Assembly (NCBI RefSeq): GCF_006345805.1 | Contig: NC_043001.1 | Span: 10,106,001-10,170,000, forward strand | DNA length: 64,000 bases | From: Octopus sinensis | Lineage: Eukaryota | Direction: 5' to 3' | Shown here: positions 62,521-64,000 of the stretch, piece by piece | How positions within the stretch are numbered: position 1 is the first letter of the stretch | Layout of the letters: each line of letters starts with the position of its first letter | Notes under the pieces: generated by a model | What the model was told of the DNA's origin: nothing | The model's database searches: none | The model's input: only the letters and a program-made list of their open reading frames with translations | Made by a program: the position numbers and the translations under genes

Positions 62521-62544
62521 TCCAGATACTTATCGATTAGACCA

Positions 62545-62580
<36 letters not shown>

Positions 62581-62586
<6 letters not shown>

Positions 62587-62770
62587 GGAGTAAACACATA
62601 AATGTGAAACAAGGTGGAAAAAAGAGTACTCAAATACCAGTGGTAGAGTAATATGCTTTATTTAAAGCAGCAGAAAATTCAACAAAACCTGTTACTCTGA
62701 GTTTCCCGTTGCCGTTCATCGGACAGTTTTTGCTAGAATCTAGCAAAAAGAGAAATGTATTGTTTAAAGT
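62581..62770 (-). mobile_element. pLTR-like repeat remnant inserted at (TA)n, with hammerhead-like motif and palindromic end
   Basis: Starts at the TA run. Minus strand ACTGT-CCGATGA-ACGGCAACGG-GAAAC-TC-AGAGT. Ends in TTTTTGCTAG-AAT-CTAGCAAAAA. Confidence 0.4.
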
Positions 62771-62871
62771 TTTTAAGTATGGATGACAAAAGAAGAGATG
62801 GATGGGACAAATACAATTTTAAGTTCGTGTGAACAGAGAAGATTGCCATAGCAGAAGAGATGGGGGATATA

Positions 62872-63098
62872 TATTTCTTTACTACCCACAAGGGGCTAAA
62901 CATAGAGGGAACAAACAAGGACAGACAAAGGGATTAAGTCGATTACATCGACCCCAGTACGCAACAGGTACTTTATTTATCGACCCCGAAAGATGAAAGG
63001 CAAAGTCGACCTCGGCGGAATATGAACTCAGAACGTAACGACAGACGAAATACCGCTAAGCGTTTCGCCCTGCGCGCTAACATTTCTGCCAGCTCACC
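62872..63098 (-). mobile_element. SINE-C, young
   Basis: Reverse complement of 50571-50815. Confidence 0.9.
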
Positions 63099-64000
63099 GT
63101 TTCTGCCAGGGTTTATAGCTTAGTGATGGAGCAAATAATCTGAGTGAGTAATTGTGTTTCTAACAGGTGGGAGAAGTTGATGGGTGGCAAGGTCCTGAAA
63201 ACGAGCTTGTGTGTTGTAGGAGATTTGTATTACATGAATAGTATTGTAGTGTAGATTAATCTGGCATATCGTATTTAATCAAATGATGTTGGAAGCAACA
63301 ACCCTTTTGGTTGCTTTTAAGATTGTTCTTCCTTTTTCTTGATGTAAGCAAATTTGACATCATAGACTGGATCATGAGAGATAGGTGTGGAGTATTGTAG
63401 ATAATTATGTAATTTATGTTTTTCATGAGCAACGAAAGTGTGATGTTTTGATATATTTTCGTTTTGATGTAAACATTTCTTTTATTAACCGACTCCGCAT
63501 CTGTGCATCTGTGCAAATGTTATATCACGTTAGTAGATTTCTGCATCTCCCATTACAGGATGCTTGCAAGGTCACTTTATATAGGAAATTAGCCTATCTA
63601 ACTACAAAGTGTTGAAGCTGTTTGTGGATGATATGTCTACAGTCAGATAGGCAAGAATGCACTCAAGGCAAATTTATCTGGAATATGGATTATATATGTT
63701 TTATATAAACTATACAAGTGAAAAAAAAACCTGAACTTGTTTTTTTGCTCAGCAGTTCTGGTTGAGAAGCATGATCATATGCCTGCTTTTTAGATGCAAA
63801 TAATATTTGCAAGTACATATAATCAGCTTGTTAGATAGTTTTTAATCAGCATTAATGCTTTCTACGCTGCTAAAAGATTGTAATTTGAAACTAAGACTTG
63901 GATTTGCATATGTTCTTTGGATTATTGAAAGATTATGAATCTATTTATTGAAAATATCATCATTATCATCATGCAGTTTATAGAAATAAAATTTGCTCTC

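Overview
This is eukaryotic, strongly AT-rich, microsatellite-rich DNA dominated by transposable elements. The repeat landscape looks like an octopus (coleoid cephalopod) genome; that is recalled pattern recognition, not a database result. No protein-coding gene could be confidently identified, and the supplied ORFs are almost all microsatellite, SINE or decayed-transposon artefacts. The window is probably long-intron or intergenic sequence. It contains: (i) four high-copy short retroposon families, labelled here SINE-A, B, C and D; (ii) decayed LINEs (RTE-like, CR1-like); (iii) Tc1/mariner remnants, TTAA-flanked piggyBac-type MITEs, a hAT MITE and a Helitron-like element; (iv) several weak candidate exons on both strands. 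The most striking signal is family D (34663-35114, 48300-48696, 52105-52303). It is a foldback element with a tRNA-derived Pol III promoter between two inverted arms, and each arm carries a minimal hammerhead ribozyme motif of the Penelope-like-element type (consensus RACAC-CUGAUGA-A-GGCUG-loop-CAGCC-GAAAC-GUU-GUGUU). Unrelated hammerhead-like motifs occur at 1722-1757 and 62694-62727 in other (TA)n-inserted remnants. A transposon-poor block at about 4.3-8.7 kb holds a candidate recursive splice site (8421-8428) and a candidate structured RNA (7750-7943).
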